From contig CADCFC010000001.1 of the NCBI GenBank assembly GCA_902800645.1, forward strand, positions 122,907-186,906: a stretch of 64,000 nucleotides of DNA. The letters are read 5' to 3'. The stretch comes from an uncultured Erysipelotrichaceae bacterium (GTDB taxonomy: Bacteria; Bacillota_I; Bacilli_A; RFN20; CAG-826). Positions 9,683-19,781 of this stretch are shown piece by piece (the stretch's first letter is position 1; every line of letters begins with the position of its first letter). A program made the translations under genes and the position numbers. The notes under the pieces are model-generated. The model was not told where the DNA came from, searched no databases, and saw only the letters and a list, made by a program, of their open reading frames with translations.

Positions 9683-10356
9683 TGGGAATAAAAGATTTAC
9701 CAAAATTAGATCAACCACGAGGAAAAGCCAAGCATTATGGAATCTCTTCTTTAAGTGATATTGAGTTATTAACTCTATTAATTGGCAGTGGATATAAAGA
9801 AGTAACCGCTTTAGAAATAGCGACAAGTTTATTAACTAAATTTAAAGGCCTAAAAAAGATTAGTGATGCCTCTATTGAGGAACTCGAAGAAATTAAAGGA
9901 ATTAAAGAAGCAAAAGCGATTTCTTTGCTCGCAATTTTTGAGTTTCACAAACGTCTTTCATTTAAAGAAAATGAAGAGAATGAATTAGAAGTAAATGAAG
10001 ATTATTTATATAATAAATACAAAGACATTTTACTTTCATCACATCAAGAAAATTTGGTGATTATAATCCTTAATAAATTTCATAAAATTATCCATGAAAA
10101 AACATTATATGTAGGAACAGAAAATAACGTCGCTTTTTCCTATAAAGACATTTGGAGAGAATTGCTCACTCATAAGGGCAAATGTTATTATTTAATTCAT
10201 AATCATCCAGGTGGAAAATGTACTCCATCAAAAGAAGACATTATTTTTACTAGTGAATTATTTTTGGAGAGTAAGCGTATCAAAATTCCTCTAATTGATC
10301 ACCTAATTATTGGAGATAACGGATATTATTCTTTTCAAAAATTGAAAAAAGAGTAA
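9682..10356 (+). CDS. radC: RadC-family JAB/MPN domain protein (UPF0758)
   Basis: N-terminus MGIKDLPKLDQPRGKAKHYGISSLSDIELLTLLIGSG and the JAMM motif HNHPGG. The ORF track starts at 9661, but the family-typical N-terminus and the TAATG coupling favour 9682. Confidence 0.8.
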   Translation: MGIKDLPKLDQPRGKAKHYGISSLSDIELLTLLIGSGYKEVTALEIATSLLTKFKGLKKISDASIEELEEIKGIKEAKAISLLAIFEFHKRLSFKENEENELEVNEDYLYNKYKDILLSSHQENLVIIILNKFHKIIHEKTLYVGTENNVAFSYKDIWRELLTHKGKCYYLIHNHPGGKCTPSKEDIIFTSELFLESKRIKIPLIDHLIIGDNGYYSFQKLKKE

Positions 10357-10394
10357 AAACAATGTTGTCTTAACTTGTTAAGTTATGGTAATAT

Positions 10395-10500
10395 AACTAA
10401 CGTTGTCGCCTCACTAGCTACAACCGCATAGAAAAGGTTTATAAAACCTTATGGTTACCTTCATAGCGAGTCCTTAGTGAAATTTCTAAAGAAGGAGGGA
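10395..10500 (+). promoter_or_regulatory. Candidate ribosomal-protein L21 leader (5' UTR of rplU-prp-rpmA)
   Basis: A 148-nt untranslated region with the hairpin AAGGTTTATAAAACCTT lies before rplU. A conserved L21 leader is known at this position in Bacillus-like Firmicutes. Assigned by position and structure only. Confidence 0.3.
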
Positions 10501-10504
10501 CATT

Positions 10505-10813
10505 ATGTACGCAATCATTGAAACTGGTGGAAAACAAATCCGCGTTGAAGTTGGTGCTAAAATTTTCGTTGAAAAGTTAGACGCCAAAGTCGGAGAAAAA
10601 GTTACCCTAGACAAAGTACTTCTCGTTTGCGATAAGAAAGCAAAAGTTGGCACCCCATATGTTGAAGGAGCTAATGTTGTTGCAAAAGTTGAAAAACAAG
10701 GAAAGTCCAAAAAGATTCGTGTTTTCACTTATAAGAACAAGGCTAACGAAAGACGCACTTTAGGTCACCGTCAACCTTACACATGCTTATTAATTGAAAG
10801 CATTAACGCTTAA
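10505..10813 (+). CDS. rplU: 50S ribosomal protein L21
   Basis: N-terminus [17 protein letters not shown] with SD AAGGAGG. Confidence 0.9.
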   Translation: MYAIIETGGKQIRVEVGAKIFVEKLDAKVGEKVTLDKVLLVCDKKAKVGTPYVEGANVVAKVEKQGKSKKIRVFTYKNKANERRTLGHRQPYTCLLIESINA

Positions 10814-10819
10814 TTAACG

Positions 10820-11128
10820 ATGGTAAAAATTGTTATTAAAAGGGACGTTAGTTCAGACAAAATCACTTCAATTGAGGTTAAAGGTCACGCCGGCAGCGAT
10901 GCTTATGGAAAAGACCTTGTGTGCGCTGCAATAAGCGCTGTCATAACTGGTGGATTTAACGCATTAACTGATAAGGAATACGATTTCAAACTAGAAAGCG
11001 GTCATTCCTATGTTAAAGCCTTAGATATTCCAAGCGATTATGACGCAGTTGTCTTAAAGACAATTGAGACACAACTTAAAACCATTGAAGAAAGTAATTC
11101 TGAATTCGTCCGAATCGAAAATCTATAA
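10820..11128 (+). CDS. prp: Ribosomal-processing cysteine protease Prp (YsxB)
   Basis: 102 aa with the GHAG...DLVCAAISAV motif, located between rplU and rpmA. Confidence 0.85.
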   Translation: MVKIVIKRDVSSDKITSIEVKGHAGSDAYGKDLVCAAISAVITGGFNALTDKEYDFKLESGHSYVKALDIPSDYDAVVLKTIETQLKTIEESNSEFVRIENL

Positions 11129-11134
11129 GAAAGG

Positions 11135-11431
11135 ATGAATCACAATATGATGTTTAAACTTAATTTACAACTCTTCGCTTCTAAAAAAGGTGTTGGTTCT
11201 ACTAAAAACGGACGTGATTCCGCTGGTCGTAGGTTAGGTGCTAAAGTAGCAGATGGACAATGGTGCCATGCTGGTAGCATCATCTATAGACAAAGAGGAA
11301 CTCGTATCTATCCAGGTGAAAATACCAAAAAAGGTAAAGATGACACAATCTTTGCAACCGTTAACGGTGTCGTTAAATACGAACGCTTAGGCAAAGATCG
11401 CAAAAGTGTTAGAGTTATCGCTGATAAATAA
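11135..11431 (+). CDS. rpmA: 50S ribosomal protein L27 with N-terminal propeptide
   Basis: ...[25 protein letters not shown] is the Prp cleavage context. The true start is probably one of the two Met codons at 11147 or 11150. Confidence 0.9.
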   Translation: MNHNMMFKLNLQLFASKKGVGSTKNGRDSAGRRLGAKVADGQWCHAGSIIYRQRGTRIYPGENTKKGKDDTIFATVNGVVKYERLGKDRKSVRVIADK

Positions 11432-11455
11432 TTATTATTGGCAATAGTTACATTA

Positions 11456-11482
11456 GACCACATTAATTTGTGGTCTTTTTAT
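11456..11482 (+). terminator. Rho-independent terminator after rpmA
   Basis: GACCAC-attaattt-GTGGTC followed by TTTTT. Confidence 0.7.
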
Positions 11483-11507
11483 TATATTTTTATTATAATA
11501 ATCTTAT

Positions 11508-12785
11508 ATGTTTATCGATCGAGCAATTATTGAAGTTAGAAGTGGAAAAGGTGGCGATGGCGCTATCGCTTTTAGACGTGAAAAGTACGTTCCTAAAGGC
11601 GGACCAGCTGGAGGTAATGGAGGCCGTGGTGCTTCTGTTATTTTAAGAGCTAATAGCAAAATCAATACTTTATTCAATTTCCGTCACTCCAAATGCTTCA
11701 TCGGACAAGATGGAGAAAAAGGTGGGATTAAAAATCAATACGGGAGACACTCAGATGACATATATGTTGATGTTCCTGTCGGCACTGTTGTCTATGAAGA
11801 GAAAGACCACAAATTCTTGGGAGATTTATCGAAGGATGGTTTAACTCTTAAAGTCGCAAAAGGTGGAAGAGGTGGTAGAGGAAACACTTGCTTTAAAAGC
11901 TCTACCAATCGCGTTCCTAAAATTGCTGAAAATGGTGAACCGGGTGAACAAAAAAGATTAATTTTAGAATTAAAATTACTTGCCGATGTTGGCTTAGTTG
12001 GATTTCCAAGCGTTGGAAAATCCACTTTGTTATCAGTTGTGAGTTCTGCTCGTCCTGAAATCGCTGATTATCCATTTACTACAATCATCCCTAATCTAGG
12101 CGTTGTTACTTCAAAAGATGGAAGAAGTTTTGTAATGGCAGATCTTCCAGGAATTATTGAAGGTGCACATGTTGGTAAAGGACTAGGCTTACAATTTTTA
12201 AGACACATCGAAAGATGCCGTATCATCGTTCATGTAATTGATATGGGTGAAAGTGGTAGAGATCCATATGAGGATTTCAAAATTATCAATAAAGAACTTG
12301 AAGAATACGGTTTTGGATTAGTTAAACGACCTGTCATTTATGTTGCTAGCAAAATGGATGAAGAAGGTGCAAAAGAACGTTTAAAAGCTTTTGAAAAGAA
12401 GAGCAAAGTTAAATGTATTCCAATTTCATCTTTAACTGATGAAGGCATCGAAGAATTAGTGTATAAATGCGTCGATTTACTCGATGTAACTCCTATCTTC
12501 CCACTCGTTGATAGTGAAGAAGAAGTTCTCGAAAATAAAGTATATAAGCTCGATGAAGAAGAGAAAGAATTTGAAATCAAACATCCAAATCTTCATACTT
12601 GGGAGATTACCGGAGATAAAATTATTAAATTTTATCGTATGACAAATATTTCTACCGATGAAGGAATGATGAAGTTATTAACCAAATTAAGAAAACTTAA
12701 GGTTGATGACATTTTGGATGAAATGGGTGCTCAAGATGGCGATACAGTCATCTTGGATGATTTCTCATTTGATTATTACCGTTAA
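11508..12785 (+). CDS. obg: GTPase Obg/CgtA
   Basis: Gly-rich Obg fold (GGDGAIAFRREKYVPKGGPAGGNGGRG), a G domain, and a C-terminal OCT/TGS-like domain. Confidence 0.9.
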   Translation: MFIDRAIIEVRSGKGGDGAIAFRREKYVPKGGPAGGNGGRGASVILRANSKINTLFNFRHSKCFIGQDGEKGGIKNQYGRHSDDIYVDVPVGTVVYEEKDHKFLGDLSKDGLTLKVAKGGRGGRGNTCFKSSTNRVPKIAENGEPGEQKRLILELKLLADVGLVGFPSVGKSTLLSVVSSARPEIADYPFTTIIPNLGVVTSKDGRSFVMADLPGIIEGAHVGKGLGLQFLRHIERCRIIVHVIDMGESGRDPYEDFKIINKELEEYGFGLVKRPVIYVASKMDEEGAKERLKAFEKKSKVKCIPISSLTDEGIEELVYKCVDLLDVTPIFPLVDSEEEVLENKVYKLDEEEKEFEIKHPNLHTWEITGDKIIKFYRMTNISTDEGMMKLLTKLRKLKVDDILDEMGAQDGDTVILDDFSFDYYR

Positions 12786-12787
12786 TT

Positions 12788-13525
12788 ATGAAACTTAAAG
12801 ATTATTTAAAAGTTATCGAAAAATTTGTAAAAGACTATTTAGAGACTACGCACCAAAAGCAATATGTCTTAGGTCTTTCTGGTGGAGTTGATTCATCTTT
12901 AGTTGCAGCAATCACTAAGGCCGCCGTAGGAAAAGATAAATTGACTTGTATTATGATGCCAATCGATTCTCATCCAGATGATTTAAATGATGCAATAGAT
13001 TTAGCAAATCAATTGGATTTAAATTACTTTGTAATTGATGGTTCAAAATCTTTTCATGAAACATTGAAGAGATTTGAAGAACTTGGAATTGAACTAGATA
13101 GAGGCACGCAAGCAAATCTTAAAGTACGTATTCGAATGACAATTCTTTACGCATATGCCCAAAAAGTAGGTGGTCTTGTAATTGGTACGGACAATAAAGA
13201 TGAAAGATATACTGGTTATTTCACCAAATATGGTGATGGTGGTGTTGATTTGCTCCCAATTGTTCATTTAGTTAAAAGCGAAGTAGTTGAAGCTTGTAAA
13301 ATGTATGGCATAAGCGATCGCCTAGCGGAAAGAACTCCATCCGCTGGTTTATTTGAAGGACAGACTGACGAAAAAGAAATGGGAGTCACATATAAAGATT
13401 TAGACAAATATCTATTAGGTGGAGACATCGACGAATCTAGCAAAGCTAGAATCGAACATCTACACCGAATAAGTGAACATAAAAGAGTAGATATTCCTAC
13501 TCCTGAGGAGTTTATAAGAGACTAA
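12788..13525 (+). CDS. nadE: NH3-dependent NAD+ synthetase
   Basis: PP-loop LGLSGGVDSSLVAAI; 245 aa. Confidence 0.85.
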   Translation: MKLKDYLKVIEKFVKDYLETTHQKQYVLGLSGGVDSSLVAAITKAAVGKDKLTCIMMPIDSHPDDLNDAIDLANQLDLNYFVIDGSKSFHETLKRFEELGIELDRGTQANLKVRIRMTILYAYAQKVGGLVIGTDNKDERYTGYFTKYGDGGVDLLPIVHLVKSEVVEACKMYGISDRLAERTPSAGLFEGQTDEKEMGVTYKDLDKYLLGGDIDESSKARIEHLHRISEHKRVDIPTPEEFIRD

Positions 13526-13617
13526 TGAAAAAGAAGATAGATATCGCTTTATATTCAGGCCTCTTTTCTGCTTTTATCGGATTAGTGATTTTACTCTTAT
13601 TTATTTTAATAAATTAA
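13525..13617 (+). CDS. Candidate 30-aa hydrophobic micro-protein (MKKKIDIALYSGLFSAFIGLVILLLFILIN)
   Basis: ATG overlaps the nadE stop (TAATG). It forms a single predicted TM helix and ends 10 nt before the ruvA SD. Not in the ORF track because it falls below the size cutoff. Confidence 0.3.
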   Translation: MKKKIDIALYSGLFSAFIGLVILLLFILIN

Positions 13618-13627
13618 GGAGGTAACT

Positions 13628-14179
13628 ATGATTTATTTTCTTAAAGGAAAAGTAGCGTTAATCGAAGACGACTCTATCGTAATAGATGTTAGAGATGTCG
13701 GCTATCAAATGCTTGTTTCTCATATCAACGACTATAGAGTCGGTGAAGAAGTTTTAGTTTACACTCATAACGTTGTTAGAGAAGATGAGAACTATCTCAT
13801 CGGATTTAAAGATTTAGAAGAAAAGAAAGTCTTTATGTCTTTGATCAAAGTCAAAGGTTTAGGACCAAAAACTGTTATTGGAGCGTTAAGCGCCACTTCA
13901 CCTAACGAAGTAATTAACGCTATTAGCAGTAATAATGTCGCTTTCCTAAAGAAATTACCAGGATTAGGCGCTAAAGCCGCTGGTCAAATTATCTTAGACT
14001 TAAAAGGCGAATTAACAGGTAGTAAGGGAAATCCAAAGCAATATGAAGAAGTGTATGAAGCACTTAAAACTCTCGGCTTTAAAGGTGCAGCAATCGATAG
14101 AGTATTAGCTGAAATTAATGAGCCAGGAGCGACAAACGAAGATATTTTACGTATCGCACTCAAGAGGCTTAAAAAGTAG
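13628..14179 (+). CDS. ruvA: Holliday junction DNA helicase RuvA
   Basis: 183 aa with OB domain, two HhH motifs (GLGPKT, GLGAKAA) and a C-terminal domain. SD GGAGG. Confidence 0.85.
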   Translation: MIYFLKGKVALIEDDSIVIDVRDVGYQMLVSHINDYRVGEEVLVYTHNVVREDENYLIGFKDLEEKKVFMSLIKVKGLGPKTVIGALSATSPNEVINAISSNNVAFLKKLPGLGAKAAGQIILDLKGELTGSKGNPKQYEEVYEALKTLGFKGAAIDRVLAEINEPGATNEDILRIALKRLKK

Positions 14180-15184
14180 ATGAGTAGATTACTTGATGCT
14201 AAACCAAATATTACCGAAGAATCATTTGATTCTTCTTTAAGACCGCTTACTTTAAAAGAATATGTAGGTCAAAAAGACTTAAAAGAAAACCTTAAGGTTT
14301 TTATTGGAGCGGCTCTTCATCGAAATGAACCCTTAGACCACGTTTTATTATACGGTCCTCCAGGATTAGGTAAGACAACCTTAGCGCATGTCATTGCTCA
14401 CGAAATGGGTAGTAACATCAAAGTCGTTACAGGTACTACAATTGAAAAAACCGGTGACTTAGCCGCCATTCTTTCAGAATTAGAGCCTGGCGATGTCTTG
14501 TTTATCGATGAAATACATCGCTTACCTAGAGTAGTCGAAGAATCGCTTTATAGTGCGATGGAAGATTTCCGTTTTGATATCGTCATTAATCGCGAATCAA
14601 ATTCTAAATCATTATCAATTAATCTTCCTCCTTTCACTTTGATAGGAGCGACTACAAGAGCGGGCGATTTAAGCGCACCTTTACGCGCTAGGTTTGGCAT
14701 TGTCGAAAAGTTAAATTTTTATACGGTTGATGAAATCAAAGATATCGTCAAACGCACATCAAGAGTACTAAATACTCAAATAGATGAAGAAGGGCAATTA
14801 GAAATTGCTAAAAGAAGTCGTGGAACACCTAGAATTGCAAATAGGTTATTTAAGCGAGTAAGAGATTTTGCTAATTACGAACATAAAGACTACATTACTT
14901 ATAGTGACGCTCTTAATGCGCTTAACGCACTCAAGGTCGATTCAATTGGTCTAGATGATGTTGATATTCGATACTTAAGAACGCTGATTGAAAGATTTAA
15001 GGGTGGACCTGTTGGACTTGAAAGCCTAGCCAATGCAATTGGGGAAGAAATTATGAATCTAGAAGATGTCTACGAACCATATCTATTGCAGATTGGTTTT
15101 ATTGATCGTACTCCTAGAGGTAGAGTTGCTAGAGACTTAGCTTATAAGCACCTAAAAATATCGTATCAAGAAACGTTATTGTAG
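14180..15184 (+). CDS. ruvB: Holliday junction DNA helicase RuvB
   Basis: Walker [10 protein letters not shown], Walker B DEIHRL and a winged-helix C-terminus. Confidence 0.95.
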   Translation: MSRLLDAKPNITEESFDSSLRPLTLKEYVGQKDLKENLKVFIGAALHRNEPLDHVLLYGPPGLGKTTLAHVIAHEMGSNIKVVTGTTIEKTGDLAAILSELEPGDVLFIDEIHRLPRVVEESLYSAMEDFRFDIVINRESNSKSLSINLPPFTLIGATTRAGDLSAPLRARFGIVEKLNFYTVDEIKDIVKRTSRVLNTQIDEEGQLEIAKRSRGTPRIANRLFKRVRDFANYEHKDYITYSDALNALNALKVDSIGLDDVDIRYLRTLIERFKGGPVGLESLANAIGEEIMNLEDVYEPYLLQIGFIDRTPRGRVARDLAYKHLKISYQETLL

Positions 15185-15312
15185 TGTATATCACTACATG
15201 TTTTATATACGCGCACATACATAAATGTGTTGAAATGTGCGTGAAGTTAATGTATTTTAGTGATTAGCGTTTTACGTTATAGGTTTAGTATAAACCTTGG
15301 AGGTATTAACAA

Positions 15313-18057
15313 ATGAGAAGACTATGGGCACACATCATTATCGCTGCTAGTGCATTGATTGCGGTTTTCGCATCATTTCCTAGCATGATAAAAGGTATCA
15401 GAGCAGATGGCGATCATGAAGTTCGTCGTCAGTTCACATTCCAATTATCCGAAAGAGAAAAAGACGAAAAAGGAAATGCAGGCAAAAAGCTTAACGGAAA
15501 TTCCGCTAAAGAGATTGCAAGTATCATGGAGCAAAGATTAATTTCTTATGGTATTGAATCCTACGACATTAAAACTAGTGGAAACGCCGATAAGAGTGAC
15601 GTTATTACCGTCGCCTTTACTGCCGATAATGAAGATCAATATCAACAAATCACTAACTATTTAAGTTTTAGTGGTTCCTTTGCTTTAATGAATAACCAAG
15701 GTACTGTTATTCCTGCAAAAGATTTTAGAAATGGCCCAGCATATCAAAAAGAAGCAACTTTAAATACCTTCCCAACCATAATTCTTCCAATCGTTACTAC
15801 TTCCGAAGACTGGGACACATTATTAGAAAAAGCCAGATTAAATCCAGTCGCTAACGAAGATACAAGTGAAGCTGCTGAAAGCACAGTCGCTAGAGTGTGG
15901 CTTATTTTCAACTACACTGATGGAGATGACTACACAATTCTTACTGAGCAAAATAAATTAGCAGAAAAAACTTTATTAACATATGACTTCAGCCCAGAAG
16001 ATAAAGAATACAAATCCTTCTATGGTGACGAAAATAAAAATTCTTTATGGACCACAGTTGGCTCTGAAGACACTAATAGCAATGGATATACAGATCCTGA
16101 TGAAGTCAGAAGCGCTTATAACCGCGCTAAATATTTATTAAATTTATTCAACGCTTCAGCACTCGACTACGAAGTAGAATGTGTTGCTGGATTAAGCGAA
16201 TCTACAAGGGTATGGCTTGATCCAACCATTGAAAAGATTAATTACGAAGGAAAGATTGTTTGGAATGCATCCTTAACAGCTTGCGTTGCTGCAGTCATTA
16301 TTATTTCCTTACTCCTCGTCGTCTTCTATAGACTTGGAGCGCTCAGTGCAATTACAACCTCTGTAGTTACTATCTTCCTCGCTTTCTTATTCATGATTCG
16401 TTCAGGAATGGTTTATAACATGCTTGCGCTCGTCGCCTTTGTACTCGTGGCGATCGTATCCTTAGTCAGCTCAATAATTTATTTGAATAAATTAAAAGAA
16501 GATGCTTATCGTGGACACACCTTAAAGAAAGCAAATACTGAAGCTAGTAAAAAGAGTTTACTCCCAATCATTGATATCAACGTTGTCGGTGTTATTGTTG
16601 GAGTTATGATCTATTTATTAGGTGGAGCATCCTTACATACATTCGGTGCAATTGTCGGCATTGGTTCTTTAATCTCCTTAGTCGTCAACACCTTTGGCTT
16701 AAAAGGTCTTATGTGGTTATCTACAAACGCGACAAGCTTGATCGGAAAATATGAATATTTTGGAATTAATTCTGAAAATGTTCCAAACCACATGGCAGAA
16801 GAAAAACAAAGATACTTTGGTGCCTACGCCGATAGAGACTTCACAAAGAAGAAAAAAGTTTCTGCTATTGGCTTTTCAAGCGCATTATTAGTGTCTATTG
16901 TAGGTGTTATTCTTGCATCTAGTTTAATGGGAGGCAACTTGCTTAAAGCAAAGAGTTCATCCACTGTTAGTAATCAGATGTATGTCTCTAACAAAATCAA
17001 AGTTAATGGTGATACTAAAACCGAACTCGATGAAACTTCTTTAACAAAGAAAGTTTTAACTTATTTAGAAATCGAGACAACTAAAGAAGATAACACCAAA
17101 GAATATGTTCCATTTAAGAATTATGTTGTCGGTTACAATAAAAACGATGACATGGTAAATGAATACAAGACATATGAAGTAGTTGATTACATCGTTGAAG
17201 AAGGTGTTGGAACTGTTACTTATAGAACCACATATTATGTTGTTAATTTATCTAAGGCCTTCAATTTAGAAACTACAATGGCGCGCATCAATAAAGAAGG
17301 CGGCACTCCTAGTAGTGTTGAAACTTTAAAAGACACACTTGAAAACTTCTTCTCAACATCTGAATTATTCAAATCTTCCGAAGGAAGCATAATTGATTAT
17401 AAACAAACAAGTACATACGTTAATGAGCCAACTGTTGAATGGAAGAAAGTATTATTAGCCTCTTCAATTGCAGTTGCAATCTTAACTGTTTATTTCTTAA
17501 TCAGATACCGTTTAACTCGTGGATTAGCTTCCTTAGTTACTCCAATGGTTACTATCTTAGTCACACTTGCTCTAACCACTTTATTAAGTGTTATTGGTCT
17601 ATCAATTCCAGGAAGCGCGTTCTCTGCGGTCTTTATTGGAGTTATCTTAGCTTACGCCTTTGAGATTCTCTTCATGAATAGAGAAAGAGAACTTATTATC
17701 GAAGATAAGAATAATGAAATGACTAGTGAACATCGCGCTGAAATTGCTAATAGAGCAATGGGCATGGCTCTTACTCCAATTTTAGCTAGTGCCGTCATTG
17801 GAATTTATTTATTAATCAATTTCTTTGGATTTGGTACAGCAATTGCTTCTTATACTTATTTAATTGCAATCCTTGGTGGATTACTCGCTTTAGCGATTGT
17901 CTATTTTGCTTACGTGCCATTATGTGACTTACTTATTTCCTTATTCTCCAAGGTCAAAATTAATATTAAGCCTAGAGAAAGAAAGAATAAGAAAAAGGTC
18001 GCAGTCAAGAAATCCGCTGAACCTGAAGAAGCAATCTTCATCGGTATCAACGACTAA
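15313..18057 (+). CDS. secDF: Fused protein-export membrane protein SecDF
   Basis: 914 aa. The layout is TM1, a large extracytoplasmic domain, 5 TM helices, a second extracytoplasmic domain, then 6 TM helices (SecD/SecF-like RND architecture). Its position between ruvB and recJ matches B. subtilis. The sequence is divergent, so the call rests on topology and synteny. Confidence 0.7.
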   Translation: MRRLWAHIIIAASALIAVFASFPSMIKGIRADGDHEVRRQFTFQLSEREKDEKGNAGKKLNGNSAKEIASIMEQRLISYGIESYDIKTSGNADKSDVITVAFTADNEDQYQQITNYLSFSGSFALMNNQGTVIPAKDFRNGPAYQKEATLNTFPTIILPIVTTSEDWDTLLEKARLNPVANEDTSEAAESTVARVWLIFNYTDGDDYTILTEQNKLAEKTLLTYDFSPEDKEYKSFYGDENKNSLWTTVGSEDTNSNGYTDPDEVRSAYNRAKYLLNLFNASALDYEVECVAGLSESTRVWLDPTIEKINYEGKIVWNASLTACVAAVIIISLLLVVFYRLGALSAITTSVVTIFLAFLFMIRSGMVYNMLALVAFVLVAIVSLVSSIIYLNKLKEDAYRGHTLKKANTEASKKSLLPIIDINVVGVIVGVMIYLLGGASLHTFGAIVGIGSLISLVVNTFGLKGLMWLSTNATSLIGKYEYFGINSENVPNHMAEEKQRYFGAYADRDFTKKKKVSAIGFSSALLVSIVGVILASSLMGGNLLKAKSSSTVSNQMYVSNKIKVNGDTKTELDETSLTKKVLTYLEIETTKEDNTKEYVPFKNYVVGYNKNDDMVNEYKTYEVVDYIVEEGVGTVTYRTTYYVVNLSKAFNLETTMARINKEGGTPSSVETLKDTLENFFSTSELFKSSEGSIIDYKQTSTYVNEPTVEWKKVLLASSIAVAILTVYFLIRYRLTRGLASLVTPMVTILVTLALTTLLSVIGLSIPGSAFSAVFIGVILAYAFEILFMNRERELIIEDKNNEMTSEHRAEIANRAMGMALTPILASAVIGIYLLINFFGFGTAIASYTYLIAILGGLLALAIVYFAYVPLCDLLISLFSKVKINIKPRERKNKKKVAVKKSAEPEEAIFIGIND

Positions 18058-18064
18058 TCAATAT

Positions 18065-18089
18065 AGCTACACGTTTGTGTAGCTTTTTA
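18065..18089 (+). terminator. Rho-independent terminator after secDF
   Basis: AGCTACAC-gttt-GTGTAGCT followed by TTTTT. Confidence 0.7.
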
Positions 18090-18096
18090 CTATTAT

Positions 18097-19656
18097 ATGA
18101 ATAAATCTTTGCTTGAGAGTTTACTCGATTATTACGGAATAACATATGAGGAATATCTTCTTTTAAATAAAGAAGTGAATCTTTCTAATTTTCGTAGTGG
18201 CCATGAGTTTGATTCAATTAACGAAGCAACCTCTTTAGTAAATGAAGTGATTGCTAAAAAAGGAAAGATAATTATCTATGGGGATTATGATTGTGATGGA
18301 ATAATGGGAACATCGATACTTGTTAAAATGTTCGAGTATTTAGATGTTGTCTCTGATTATTACATTCCTAGCCGATATATAGACGGCTATGGCTTAAATT
18401 TAGCTCACGCCAAGGAATATGTTTCTCTTGGATATGATTTAGTTATTACCGTTGATAACGGTATAACCGCTTTTGAGGCTATTGAGTATTTACATAATAA
18501 TGGCGTAAAAGTCTTAGTTTTAGATCATCACCAAGCAAGCGATATTTTGCCATTAGCAGATGCGATATGTCATCCGATTGTTTCTCATTTTGGTGATGTC
18601 GCTTCTAGCGGTGCATTTACCGCCTTTATATTCGCAACCGCATTAATCAGACGAGTCGATAAATATTTAGCGCTACTCGCCTCTATTTCCGTTATTAGCG
18701 ATATGATGCCTCTAAAAGAATATAACCGTTACTTATTACAGGCGATGTTTAAAGAATATAAAGCCGGGGAATTTTTACCTATTGATTTACTAGCAGATAA
18801 TGAGCAAATCGACGAAGTCACAATCGGCATGAAAATCGCTCCTCGAATCAATTCAATTGGAAGAATTATTGAAGACCAATCGGTCAATAAAATCATTAAA
18901 TATTTCACAACTAATGACAAAGATTTTATATTAAACTACTTTAGTTTCATTTTAGAGACTAATGAAAATAGAAAAAACTACTCAAAAGTTGATATAACCA
19001 CTCTCGGTTTATCAGGCAAAGAAAGAGCTATTATTATCAAAGGTGACTATAAAGAAGGAATCATCGGACTAGTCGCTAATAGTGTCATGGTTAAATACGG
19101 TGTTCCTGTTGTCGTTTTTACTAAATCCATTGACAATTCTTTAAAAGGAAGCGCAAGAGCACCAGAAGGATATGACATCGTTGAAGCGTTCAATGAAGTA
19201 AACTCTTTACTATTAACTAGCGGTGGTCATTCTAGCGCTGCAGGTTGCTCGATTAAAGAAGAAGATTTTGAGATTTTTAAAGAAAAGTTTACTGACGCAA
19301 TCACAAGAAAGCCTATAAAGGCTATCGAACATAAATCAATCGATATCAAAATGAATGATTTAAGTTTTGAAAATTATGAACTCATTAAATCCTTTTCGCC
19401 TTTTGGAGAAGGTTGGCCAGTTCCTCTATTAAAGATTAAGCACATCAAAGTTGATCAATTAATGTATTCAAAAGATCATAAGCACATAATTACAACTCTA
19501 GGCAATAACTTAAAGCTAGTGTTTTTCAATTATCCCGCTGATTTATTAGCCAATTTCAAATTCATCGATATTGTTGGTACTTTAGATTTAAAAAGCTATC
19601 GCGGAAACACTTATTTAGAATTCAGTGGAAAAGAATTATTTGAATCTTTAAATTAA
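18097..19656 (+). CDS. recJ: DHH-family single-stranded-DNA exonuclease RecJ-like
   Basis: DHH motifs (YGDYDCDGI, VITVDNGI, LDHHQ) and a DHHA1 domain (GGGHSSAAG). Its position after secDF and before relA matches Bacillus recJ. At 519 aa it is shorter than canonical RecJ. Confidence 0.7.
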   Translation: MNKSLLESLLDYYGITYEEYLLLNKEVNLSNFRSGHEFDSINEATSLVNEVIAKKGKIIIYGDYDCDGIMGTSILVKMFEYLDVVSDYYIPSRYIDGYGLNLAHAKEYVSLGYDLVITVDNGITAFEAIEYLHNNGVKVLVLDHHQASDILPLADAICHPIVSHFGDVASSGAFTAFIFATALIRRVDKYLALLASISVISDMMPLKEYNRYLLQAMFKEYKAGEFLPIDLLADNEQIDEVTIGMKIAPRINSIGRIIEDQSVNKIIKYFTTNDKDFILNYFSFILETNENRKNYSKVDITTLGLSGKERAIIIKGDYKEGIIGLVANSVMVKYGVPVVVFTKSIDNSLKGSARAPEGYDIVEAFNEVNSLLLTSGGHSSAAGCSIKEEDFEIFKEKFTDAITRKPIKAIEHKSIDIKMNDLSFENYELIKSFSPFGEGWPVPLLKIKHIKVDQLMYSKDHKHIITTLGNNLKLVFFNYPADLLANFKFIDIVGTLDLKSYRGNTYLEFSGKELFESLN

Positions 19657-19781
19657 ACTACAACATCTATAAATCGTATTAGTAAATTAAGCAAAATTAT
19701 AAATTAAATAATTTTGTTTTTTTATATTTCGTCGCTTTATTACTTTAATAAAGAAATAAAAAAATATACAATATAAACGAT

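Noticed and set aside
9626-9826. 66-aa minus-strand ORF overlapping the radC start
   Set aside because: Antisense to the small ORF/radC junction. It has no SD and overlaps two well-supported + strand genes.
19660-19781. AT-only palindrome CTTTATTA-ctt-TAATAAAG upstream of relA, and a single ATTAGTA copy at 19678
   Set aside because: An AT-only 8-bp stem is too weak and too common in one-third-GC DNA to call a feature. The heptamer occurs singly without the phased array.
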